The notes under the pieces: model-generated
The model's input: only the letters and a program-made list of their open reading frames with translations
Told to the model about the DNA's origin: nothing
Database searches by the model: none
In this document: one piece after another, positions 1 through 10,729 of the stretch
Layout of the letters: every line of letters starts with the position of its first letter
How positions within the stretch are numbered: position 1 is the stretch's first letter
Translations under genes and position numbers: made by a program
NCBI GenBank assembly: GCA_048213135.1
Contig: PS015054.1
Location: 195,812 to 259,811 of the forward strand
DNA length: 64,000 nucleotides
Direction of reading: 5' to 3'
Source of the DNA: Reclinomonas americana ATCC 50394
Lineage: Eukaryota

Positions 1-974
1 GCGGTCAGCGAAAGTGCACAGAGAAAAACACACCAACAGCGCGTGTACCATTTCGCGCTGCATACGGATCAGTTCAGCGTGGCTGATACGCGCCTCCGGC
101 TGCAGGGGCGAGTGATTGTGTACACTCTGCGTGCCGCTGCCTGGCGGCGGCAGCGTAACCAGCGGCTGGCCGAGGAACTGTGGGCGGCGTCATGTGAGCA
201 GCAAGCAAATGCACTCCCAGACATGCACGTGGTTCTCACCTGCGGGCTCTGCATCGCCATCGGCGCGACCATGACGGGCACCGGGGACGGTGGACTACGT
301 GATGGCACGCCCATGAGCGGCAACGGAGGACCCTGCGCCTGCGACTGTGCGCCCCGCGCAATCGACGACTCCAGGTCGGCGGCCGACACCATCATGGTCG
401 GTGGCGGCAAACCCTGTCCGTGTGACGACGACGACGACGACACGTGAGCACCATACGGTGGTGGTGGCGACTCTTGCTGTGGGTGCTGGCGGTGATGCTG
501 CTGCTGTTGTTGTTGCTGCTGCAAGAAGGGATCGCCCAGTGCACTGCCCCACAATGGTTGTGCAGACTGCCCAAACCCGTGGCCCCACACAGAGGACGAC
601 GATCCCGATGCCTGACTACCACCACCACCACCGGAGAGCTGTGCACGTGTGTGTGTGTCGCACACAAAACAGTGTGAGAGACAAGAGCGAGTGCATGATC
701 ACATTGTTGCACTCACATGCAGCTGTCCGAGCTCCGACACAATGTCGCCCTTGTCGAACTGGTTCATGCTCCAGTCAAAGTCCTTGCCTGCGTCACGTGT
801 GTGCGTGTGAGAGAGAGAGACACACACAGAGAGCAAAAGATGCGTGACACGTGTGTGTGGCGCGAAACGAATGCTGGTCACATCGGTGTCAAAGGTTGCC
901 GCATTGGCCTCGTCGTCCTCATCGTCGTCGGCGTTCACAGCCCACTCGGGAACCTCCAAGTCCTCAGGTTCCAT
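1..974 (-). CDS. PAT1: PAT1-like mRNA decay/decapping factor, N-terminal part (spliced; runs off window start)
   Basis: Spliced N-terminus MEPEDLEVPEWAVNADDDEDDEANAATFDTDVTSIR|KDFDW resembles the Pat1 acidic 'N..TF...DFDF' Dhh1-binding segment, followed by a Pro/Gln/Ser-rich region; GT-AG introns keep the frame. The C-terminal domain lies outside the window. Confidence 0.55.
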
Positions 975-1329
975 CTCTGCTGCGTGGCACCGTGTGATTT
1001 GAGAGGAATTTTAAGTGTGTCCCGCAGTTGTCCACATCGGATAAACAACAAGGAACGAAGGAGGGTAGCAGGCGTGGCGATGATGCAGCGGCCTTGAGAG
1101 AAAGAGAGAGGAAGAGGCAAAGTTGTTCCTTTCAAAAAAACATCATAAATTCATTCACCGAACGCCATGGCCTTCGTCGCTGTCGGCAGCAAGCAGCGCA
1201 CTGTCGCCACCACCGTCACCATCAACACCAACACCACCGCCACCGTCTTGCGACACGAAGGAGAGAGAGAGAGGGAGGGAGGGAGAAAGAGAAACATGAA
1301 CGATTGGCATCGAAAAGAGTCACGCTTGT

Positions 1330-2211
1330 TCACGAGCTCTTCTTGCCTGCTGCTCCGCTGCTCTTGCTGCCGCCACTCTGCAGCTGCTCCACATCGGTGC
1401 TCACAATCTCCTGGCTCGACAGGAACAACTGCATCACGTTGAGGACCTGCACATGCACGGAATGGGTGTGAACAGAAACACAACAAACGACTGCCTCACG
1501 CGTGCGAGGTGCGAACCTGCTTGAGGGCCCACACGGGTGCACAGAGCACGGCGCACAAGAGCCACGCACTCATCGACGATCCCACCATAGCAAACGTCGG
1601 CTGGAAGGCGTGCAAGTAGAGGAACCAGTAAAAGAGCTCGTTGAAGAGGCACACGGAGGTGAGCACGGGGCGCTTGGTGTAGTACATGCGCAGCAGCCAT
1701 GGCGTGTTGCTAGCGCACTCCTTGTGCGATCCCTTGCCGGCGGTCAGCGACGAGTACATGCGCACCCAGTGGCTCATCAAGTCGAGCGCATTCAGCGAGA
1801 TAAACGCAAACGCCCATGGACGGTACAGCAGCGCCAGCACCACCAGCAGACCCGCAGTGCCCGCGCGGTCTGTCATCATGTCAAGCACAGCGCCAAAGTT
1901 GGAGCCTGCAAAGAGAGAGATGAGTGCAGTGTGCAAGCGAGTGTGTGTGACTGTGTGGTGGACGGAACATTGGTTGAGGAGGCGAGCGAGGAAGCCATCG
2001 AGGGCGTCAAGCACAAAGCTGACAAAGTAGCAGGCGGCACACACTTGCCACTGGTCGAGTGCAAAGTACATGGCCACAAAGAACAACACGATGCGAATGT
2101 ACCCTGCACACAGAGAGTGAGTGTAAAGTGAGCAAGAGAGAGAGAGAGAAGTGTGTGCATGTGCGTACCAACAATGTTGGGCGCGAAAAGCCACACGTTG
2201 CGTGTCTGCAT
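1330..2211 (-). CDS. PIS1: CDP-diacylglycerol--inositol 3-phosphatidyltransferase (phosphatidylinositol synthase), 4 exons
   Basis: MQTRNVWLFAPNIVG|YIRI...LDALDGFLARLLNQC|SNFGAVLDMMTDR carries the CDP-alcohol phosphotransferase motif; also LDLMSHW and LCAPVWALKQ|VLNVMQL; three GT-AG introns. Confidence 0.95.
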
Positions 2212-2296
2212 TGTGTGTGTGAGTTTGTTTGTGAGGGCCCTCCTATCCCGCAGTCCATCCGATCGGAAGAGAGAGTCGATCACATCTCCTTTTCAA
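2212..2296. promoter_or_regulatory. Putative bidirectional promoter (85 bp between divergent ATGs)
   Basis: PIS ATG at 2211 (-) and hypothetical ATG at 2297 (+); contains the palindrome TCCGATCGGA. Confidence 0.5.
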
Positions 2297-5200
2297 ATGG
2301 CGACGAGTGTGAGGTGCGTCTGTGTGCATACAGTGGGGAGGAGAGAGGAAACGCTTGAGCAAGTGGTACTTGTGTGTATGCGCGCGCGTGTGCGTGTGTC
2401 TCTCTCTGGTGCAAGTGCGCGTCCGGAGAAACGCAACTGCTCTCTCTTTACTCTCTCGCCTCTCGCACACGCACACACACACAAATGCACTGGTGTCACG
2501 CACACGAGAGAGAGAGAGAGACGCAGAGAGAGGAAGCAAGGCACTGCTTATGCGTCTGTGTGTGCATATGTGGTTTGTTGTGTGACATGGCACTCACATC
2601 GCGCTCACGACTTTTTTTGTGTTTGTGTTTGTGTTTCCTCTTGTGTTGTGTGTTTGTGTGCGCGACAGTGCTCCATTGAGCCCTGGCAGCGCGGCAGCTG
2701 CGGCGGCGGGTGATGGAGGTATGCGTTTGTCGCCCTCGGGTCGTGTGGTGGCGCCCGGCGAGGAGGAGTTTAGCTATCGTCCTGATGCGTCGCCCTATGT
2801 TGCGTCTTGGAGAGTGTGCAGGGAGGGAACGTGTGTGTGAGAGAGAGCGAAAGTCTGATTTTGTGTGTGTGTGCATTTTGTGTTTGCAGTCGCAAAAGTT
2901 TCGACCACCGGATTCCTTTGCGTTGCGCGCGCAGGCCGAGGCTGCGGAGCGGGAGCGCAAGATTGACGAGGTTTGTGTGTGCAGTGTGTGTGTGTGTCTG
3001 TGTGTTGTGAGAGAAGGCGTGTGTGTTCTCATTGTCCTCTCTTCTCGTTTCGCGCAGCTGCGTCAGCGTATTCGTGAGCGTGAAAAGCAGGATGCGCCGT
3101 TTGCGCCACAGATCAACACCTACAACTTCCAGGGCAAGGTGAGCAACTGCCCGCACGCACACACTCTTGTGTGTCTGTCTGTCTGTCCACTGACGGTGTT
3201 ACGCGCAGCGTGAGCCGTTTGCCGATGCGGTGAACCAAAAGATCCAGAAGCACAACGAGAAAATGTCGCAGCTGCGCTCCGGTTCGTCGGTGGACAGCGG
3301 TGGCGACGGTGGCTCGTTCAAGCCAGAGGTTTGTTGTCTGTGGTATGTGTGGCCATTGTCACCACGTTGCTCACACCCGAGTGCAGATTTCGACCTACTC
3401 CAAGTCGCTGGTGCGCACCGAGCCGGTCCACGAGCGTCTGTATCGCATTGCACGCACGCCGGAGAAGGCGCAAATGAGTCCAGGTGAGCATGAATCTGCG
3501 TTGCGCGTACGTCGATGTCGTGGCGCTCACGTGTTTGTGTGGCAGCAGGGCTCGGACCCAGCGAGGACATTGACCCGACCACGGGCCAGCCGCTCTTCCA
3601 GCCGGTGATCAACCCGGTGCACACGGTGCGCGACGAGCGTGTCGAAGAGTCGCTGTACAAGGATGCCATGAACCGCAAACTGCGTCGCGAACTGCTGCTG
3701 GAGAGCATCATGACGGCGGAGGAGCACCAGCGGCGACAGCGCAAGCTGACGCCGACCAGCTTGGAGTTTGCACGCAAGCGTGTGGAGAAGGAGCTGCAGA
3801 CGGTGTTTGAGGAGATGGACCCGGAGAACCGTGGCACCATTGGGTACACGGAGCTCGGATATGCGCTGTCGCGACTCGGCCTCTTCAAGACGGTGCGCCT
3901 TTGCATTTGTGTGTGTGCGAAAATAGTCGAGCGTGTGGGTGTTGACGTTGCCCTGTTTGTTTTTGCTTGTTTGTTCGCCGCTGTAGCCTCCGGATCAGGC
4001 GGAGAAGCGTACCGAGGAGGAGGTGCGTCTGCAAGAAAAGCTGTGGAAGATGATGGATCCGAGCGACACGGGCGCTGTCGACTACACCACTTTCTACCGG
4101 TACATGTATTCAATCATGGATCCCACCATTGCCGACGAGGAGGTCAAGTACTTTGGACCGGAGAGCCCCACACGGAAGCTCGCCAAGGAGTTCCGCAAGT
4201 TGCTGGTGAACAAGCTGGCGTACGTGCCAACGCACCGCACCAAGGCTGAGAAGCAGGCCGAGAAGCAAGTGCGCCGTCCGATGTCGGCCTCGCCGCACGC
4301 CGAGCAGTCGCAAAGGGTGCGCTTGTGGTTCATGTGTGTACGTGCTTCCACACAAGTTCTCACCACGCGTGTATGTATGTGCGGTGCAGAGTGCTCGCCG
4401 CTCGAGCGGAAGCCCGACTGGCTCGGAGAACGGACAACGCCGTGGCTCGGCGGAAAGTGCCGAGTTCTCGCGCCGTCTGTACGAGCGCGACAGGAGCCTG
4501 CAAGAGAAGCTGGACAGTCAGCGCGAGAAGCTCAAGCAGGATGAGCTGAAGGAGTGCACCTTCAAGCCGGAGATCAACACTCGCTCCCGCAAGATGGACA
4601 CTGGCGAGCCGCCAGCGGTGAGGCATTATTCTCTCTGTGTCATTTTCTCTCCACATAGAACTCTTGTCTGACCCGTTTTCTTGTGTGTTTGTGTGTGTGT
4701 TGCTCGGTGCAGGGCCGCAAGAATGAGCAGCTGTACGCGATGCGCGAGCGCCCGCGTCCGACTGCCAACCTGCCGACGTCGGTGGATCGCGAGTACGATC
4801 AGCACTGCACCTTCCGCCCCGACACGACCATGAGCAAGAGGTTTGGCGGCGGTGCATGTCTCTGTCGCTGCTATGTGACTTGTGTGACTGATCCTTCACA
4901 TGGTATCGCTTTACACGCTGTTGGCGCAGCAGGAAGGCACCGGTTCCCAAGTACACACCGTCGGGATACAAGCAGGCGATTGAGCGCATGCGCCACGCCA
5001 AGGCCGAGCGCCAGGCACAGACTCACGACGATGTTGCGTACACAGCGCATTCTCCTCGTCGTACCATCTGTTTCTCACCTCCGCGCGTAATCGCAGTTCC
5101 CCACGTCGCTCCGCACGGCCGAGGAGAAGGCCGGGGAGGATGCGTCGGTCTCCGTGACCGGCAAGCGACCGACGGAGCCCAAGCCGTTCGAGTTTGAGCT

Positions 5201-6213
5201 CGACAAGCGACGACGGACACGACCGCTGCTGTACATTGACGTCAATCTGGGCCACGGCAAGTTGCGTACATGACGCGCAGTGTGATGACGGGTCGCGTAC
5301 CGACTGCTCACCGCGTTTCTTCTTTTCTTCATAGGACTGGTCGCATTGGCGTGCACGAGGGTGACGACCCATCGTTGCTGGCACGCAACTTTGCCGTGTC
5401 GTACCGATTGGACGACTTCCTGTGCAAGCGCCTGGAGGAGCTCATTGTGCAACACATGGAGGCGCAAGCCATTCCCTTCACTCGCTCCGAGTCCACTGGC
5501 GACGCAAAGCCGCTGTCGCCCGGCCGCTATCCGGAGCTGGCGAGCGGACACCGCTTGACCGAGCAGTCGTTCTCTTTCCGCGCCCCGAACCGACGCGACA
5601 TGAGCGAGGCCGATCGTGCGCATGAGGAGTATGCACCACACACGTTTGAGAATCAGTTTGCCGATCAGGACTACACGCTGCAGTACCCGTCGTTCGAGGA
5701 GGGGTGAGTACGCGTGGTTTTTTCGTGAGTTGCCACGTGAGACACTGATGATTTTGCTGTTGTGTTGTGAGCAGAGGCCAGTACGATTTCGCCGATGCAC
5801 ACGCATATGACGGTGAGTACCCAGAGGACTACCACCGTGCAGTCGACGAAGATGAGGGCGCTGCGTGGCACCGCCGTCAGCAGACGGACGACGAGCTGTA
5901 CGACGATGTTGTGGGCACCGTGCACCAGGGTGGTGCGGATGAGGAGGAGTACGGTGACGAGGGCGCAGCGCAGGGTGGTCTGGGCGTGCAAATGTCGTAC
6001 GGCCGCCGTGAGCAGCCGCAGGATTCGTACCCACCAGCTCGGCCGCACGTGCGCGAGGTGTACACCACGATTGAGTCACCCGCCACGGAGGGTCGCCCAG
6101 CTGCACAGCCGGTGGCAGCGGCAGGGAACGCCGCGGCCAATCGCCAGTCGGCACGGGAGGCGGTGGACGCAGCCGCCAACCTGGTACTCCGTGAGGTCGA
6201 CGGCCGTCAGTAA
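2297..6213 (+). CDS. Hypothetical EF-hand and CTFxP-repeat protein (probably cytoskeletal), about 14 exons
   Basis: Frame-consistent exon chain with repeated F(K/R/A/Q)PxIN motifs (ECTFKPEIN, HCTFRPDT, PFAPQIN, LFQPVIN), xxRLY motifs, two EF-hand-like loops (MDPENRGTIGYTEL, MDPSDTGAVDYTTF) and a PLLYIDVNLG...IGVHEGDDP domain. Confidence 0.75.
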
Positions 6214-6457
6214 TGAGCTTTCTCTCTGTCTCGCGCCTCTTTTTATTGTCTGCCGGTGATGCTTTTTTTCTCTGTCGCGCAAGTTTCTCCTGTTTTTTTG
6301 ATGGCGTCTATCGATATCTTTTCTCTCTCGTGTGTCTCTATTGCTACTCGGAAAAGAATGTACTGTGGAGTGGGAACGGAATGATTGTCGATTTGTTGGG
6401 TTTCTTCACTCAGGGGTGTGTGCCACAGCGGTGGGCAAGCAACAAACAACGCCACCA

Positions 6458-9450
6458 TTACTCCTGCTGCTGGTCCACAAGGCTCGCCTCCTCCTCCTCC
6501 TCCTCCTCCTCCGACTGCAGATCCAGCGGCTTGAACTGCGGGTGCGACTCCCCGGGCGGACCGCACGGGTTGCCACACGGCTGCGCATGCAAAAATGAAC
6601 ACAAAGCCGCACACATGAACTTCAAGCACACACACAAAAACTTACCGGGTACGGCAGACCGGCCGGCACAATGGAGACTGCGCCGCAATAGTGAGCGAGA
6701 AAAAGAAGAAAGCTGCTGTGGGAGAGAGAGAGAGCACGCACCTTGGGTGGTGAACTTGAACCAGTGCTCGCCGACCATTCCCTCGTCCATGCGCCAGTCG
6801 GCCTGGATAAAGTAGCCGCGGTAGCCAGTCTGCGGAATCGGCAGCTCGGCCACGTACTTGCCGCTGCTGTCCGGCTCCACGCGCTTCTCCGTCCATATGA
6901 TCAGCTGGATGCAGTCGGGGTTCGTCAAGTCCTCGCACTTGGCCAGGCGGAAGTCGCGAGCCTGGCAAAAAAAAAGTGGGGCGTGTCAGAAGAATGCAGT
7001 ACAGGTCATGCAGCTCTCGACGACTGGCGTGAAACCTTGTAGTTGTAGCCAGTCCACACTTCCACAATGTCGGGCTTCGGGTTGGCCGTCATCTCAATGC
7101 GGCCAGTCTTCTCGTCGCGAGTCTGTCATGAGGCATGCACGTCGTGCGCGTGAGTTTGCTTGCGGTTGACGTGAGATGAATGTAGGGGGCACTCACCCAC
7201 GACAGAGTTGGGCGCGGCAGATTGAGGGCCACACTGCGCCAGAAGGTCGACACGGCCAGCGTGACGTCGACTTGATGGCCAGTGAGAGAGTGCTCCGCAT
7301 TCGGCACCATGCGCACTGCCAGTAAATCATGAGTGAGTTTTGTTGGTTACCCATACAGATGAGTGCATGCTCTTTGACGCAACAGTACGTCTCTCCAGGC
7401 AGCTGGTTGAACCAGTACCTATGTTTGCGTGGCACGAGGTGAGATGCGTGTGCACACAAACAGAGCATGAACTTGACAAAGAAACCCCACCAGTTGTCGT
7501 CCATCTGGAAGAACTCGTCGCCAGTGGCATCAATGACGTACTTGGGCATCGTCAGGCGGTCGCGGTACGCCTATATCTTGACAGTGAGAACAAGTGCAAA
7601 ACAACTGCATTGCGCCCCAGCGTGGACGCAACAAACGGATCGATGATGGACGCCATTTGCTGGAACTGCGGAGTGTTGAGGTACCTGCGGAAAACAATTC
7701 AGCTGCTGGCCGACAAAGAAAGTCATGAACACACAGGAGCAGAGCGCAACATGGTAGTGTTCAGGGCCGTGTAGTCCTCGAAAGCAAACGTCCCTACAGA
7801 ACGATGAGTGAGAGGGAGGAGGGAAAGGGAGAGGGAAGGGAAGGGCGAGGGGGAAGGCGCAACAGAAGCCGTACGCCTGCCACATGTGGTTGCTGATGAA
7901 ATCGACGGCAGTGAGCAGACAGGAGGACATACATGTGCATCGACACGCGACTCACATGTTCTCGACCAGGTTGAGACTGCGCAGTGAAAAAACCAATCCC
8001 AACTCGTGTAAGTCACGGGCGCGATGGAAGAACGAGTCTCAGTCGAGAGTACGCAACGCATCCATCACAATCGGCACAATCGCCTTGACACGCTTCTGCA
8101 GGACGGCATCGGCCGCGCCGACAGTCCACGTGGTCCAGCCGCGCTTGCTGGCGCCGCCGACACCCCAGCCAGAGATGGGCTTCACACCAGACACGCCCTT
8201 CACGAGTTCCTCGGTGGCGTCCATGGCACGGAGCACGGCCTTGGTCATGGGCAGGCGGAGCAGCTGTGCGGCACGAAAAGTCAGGTACCTGAGAGTGCGT
8301 CCAATGAATGGTGATCACACGAACCCACTCAGGCTTGGTGGGATCGTCGATAAAGTGGCGCCACTGCACACAACGTGGCCAGGTGAGCAACAGAAACAAC
8401 GCGCGTGGTGCCATGAAAACAAAAAATACCAAGTCGCAACTGTGTACGCAATGATGCCATCCTCGGAGCGGCGCTTATTCTCGCCCGTAAAGTAAATGGG
8501 CTCGTTGGGGATCTGGAACACCGTGGCCGCAATCGTGCGCGTCTCCACAGCCACCAACTCCGTCAGAATGTCGGGCTGCAGTGACGAGTGAGCATGATGA
8601 TCTTAACACACAAAGTGGCGAGACAAAATATGCACCGTCGACGGCGGGGAGTCGTGACTTGAGGGGAGGAGAAAGAAGAAAGAAGAGTGTGAGTCAAGCT
8701 AGCAAGACATCCCCGAGCGCACTCGCATCACTCACTGCATCAGAGTATACGAGTGAGCACATAACAAGACAGGTGAGACAAGCACACATGCACACCTTGC
8801 CGTCGCCATTGATGTCTGCAGGAGGGTGGAACAAGAGAGACGCACTGTTAGCTTGCAGACGCACGCACGCATGCAGAAGGTGTCTTGACGCACACATGAA
8901 AGCCATGTCGGAGTCGCGCACATGCGGAATAATGACTTGCAGCCAGTGCCTGCGCGAGAGACATGAGTGACCACACACACGCTGCGCGCATGAGTCACGA
9001 GCCGCACTCAACTCCCACACAGAGCGGCTCGAGTCGGCGGCAGTCAGCCACGTCTGCGAGCCTGCATGAGAGAGACACACAAATGAGCATTCATGTCTTT
9101 CATGTGTGTGCATGTGAGAGAGAGACGCAACGGAGGTACACATTGTACCATGTGTAGGAGGCAGTGGACTGTGTAGAGTTGATCTTCCACATGTATCTGA
9201 GTGAGGGCGTGCGTGTGTTTCAGTGGTTTGACCCCCACAGCGGCCATGTCGAGACACAAGAGAGACGCAACGTGGAGTCGGGCTTGGCGCAGTACTCATC
9301 GAGTGCGGTCAGCGGGGAGGCCTCGGCGACTGGCACCGAGGTGGTCACGGAGACCACGAGGAGTGCGGTGGCGACGAGAAGGGCGCCGAGGAGGTAGTGG
9401 CGACGCATTCGCGACAATAAAGAGGGTTTGAATTTTTTGGACGAGGACAT
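6458..9450 (-). CDS. PqaA (PhoPQ-activated pathogenicity-related)/AprA-family secreted alpha/beta-hydrolase-like protein, about 20 exons
   Basis: Signal peptide, then family motifs TALDEYCAKPD, SQTWLT, RRSEDGIIAYT|W, LPMTKAVLRAMD, GASKRGWTTW, IVPIVMD, DRLTMPKYVIDATGDEFF, RMVPNAEHSL. Confidence 0.9.
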
Positions 9451-9544
9451 GCGAAGATCCGAAAGTGCGCTGGTGCGGTGTCACTGGGTCCCCCGTCGCG
9501 TCTGGAAGTGTAATGCACGCACTCTAGGAATACTTGAGAGAGAT

Positions 9545-10652
9545 TTAATCCTCAGGGCTCCTGTGCAGTTCCGATATCGAAAACTCAATTGCACGCACAA
9601 GCCGGAGGGCTCCCTTCACCACCAAGCTCTCATCGCTTTCTTGCATCGGCGACATGTCCCTTACAGTCGACAGAGCACGTTGCGCGTAGAAGCGCTCTCG
9701 TGCGAGAAGGAGCTCGGAGAGCCCCAACAAATCTCGATCATCCAAATAGATCTTGAAGCTCTGCCCTTTGTTCTTCACCTCGACGTAGGTGTCTTGCATC
9801 TTCCCGTTGCATCGTCGGTGGATGTGGAACGTGCACTCGCAGGAAGGGAACATCCACGAATCCCAGTACTCTGTGCATGCATTGCCGTTTGTGTAAATGG
9901 TCACGTGCACGTGATCACGGAAAGAAAGTGCAGGCAACAAGTGCACGCACCGGGAACGCCAAGCGGTCGCGACTTACGTCGCATCGCCTCGATTACGTTC
10001 TGCAGTGTCAGCCCAGGACTTGCGTAATACGACGTCGGCGATCGCGAGCCCACATCTGCTTGCGCAAGACTGCTGACATCGTCGCTCACGAGCACCTCGT
10101 CCGTCGTGAAGAACAAATCAAGGACATAGGGCAACAGTGATGCAACCAGTTCAGAACGCGGAGAGCGGGCACGGCTTTTGGTCACCAACTCAAGAACGTG
10201 AAGCAATTCGTCGCCAGCCTGACATGGCGACCCTGTTCGTTGTGAGAACGCCTCCACAAGCTCGCCGTCAGAGATATGCCTAGGCCTGGCACCTCTCTTC
10301 GACTTCAACTGCAGGAGTCTGGCCTCGACCAGCTGGTCAACAACATCCTCAATGACACTGGCGGGAGTGGTGAGACAAAATCCTGGCGCTAATGCAGAAG
10401 AGCAGCAACGTACTCTCGGCTGGCGTCAGCGTTGATAGCGCGATACAAAGCAACCTCTGCGGACGCGCACAGTGAGTGGACTTCGAGTGGCATCACAACA
10501 CAACAGGGTTGAACGCAACTTGATTCGTGATCGAGTTCAGGGGGTGGACCGTCCATTGAGGGCGTCGAGACCACAGCTGCAACGCAAAGATCTTGTCAAG
10601 GAGAAAGAGAGTGTATGTCGCGAGCAACTTTACAGCCACCAAGAACGACCAT
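9545..10652 (-). CDS. Hypothetical protein (spliced; start uncertain)
   Basis: ORF fragments 10389-10574, 9901-10308 and 9545-9946 join in frame through GT-AG introns (…DHESK|VALYRAINADASRD|VIEDVVDQL…GVP|EYWDSWMFP…SPED*). No recognisable motif. Confidence 0.55.
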
Positions 10653-10729
10653 TGAGATTGGTGAGCCCTCTTTACAAAACGACCAGTACTAGTGATTGCA
10701 ACAGCACCCCCTCACATCTCTCACCACAT

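Noticed and set aside
8650-8800. Apparent non-GT donor in the PqaA gene (after NGDGK)
   Set aside because: Resolved with a canonical GT|GTGCAT donor giving K-V-H-D-S-P-P.
9480-10700. Microsatellite-poor stretch that looked like a mobile element or foreign insert
   Set aside because: It has host-type introns (including a GTTGCG donor), and no terminal repeats or transposase/RT motifs.
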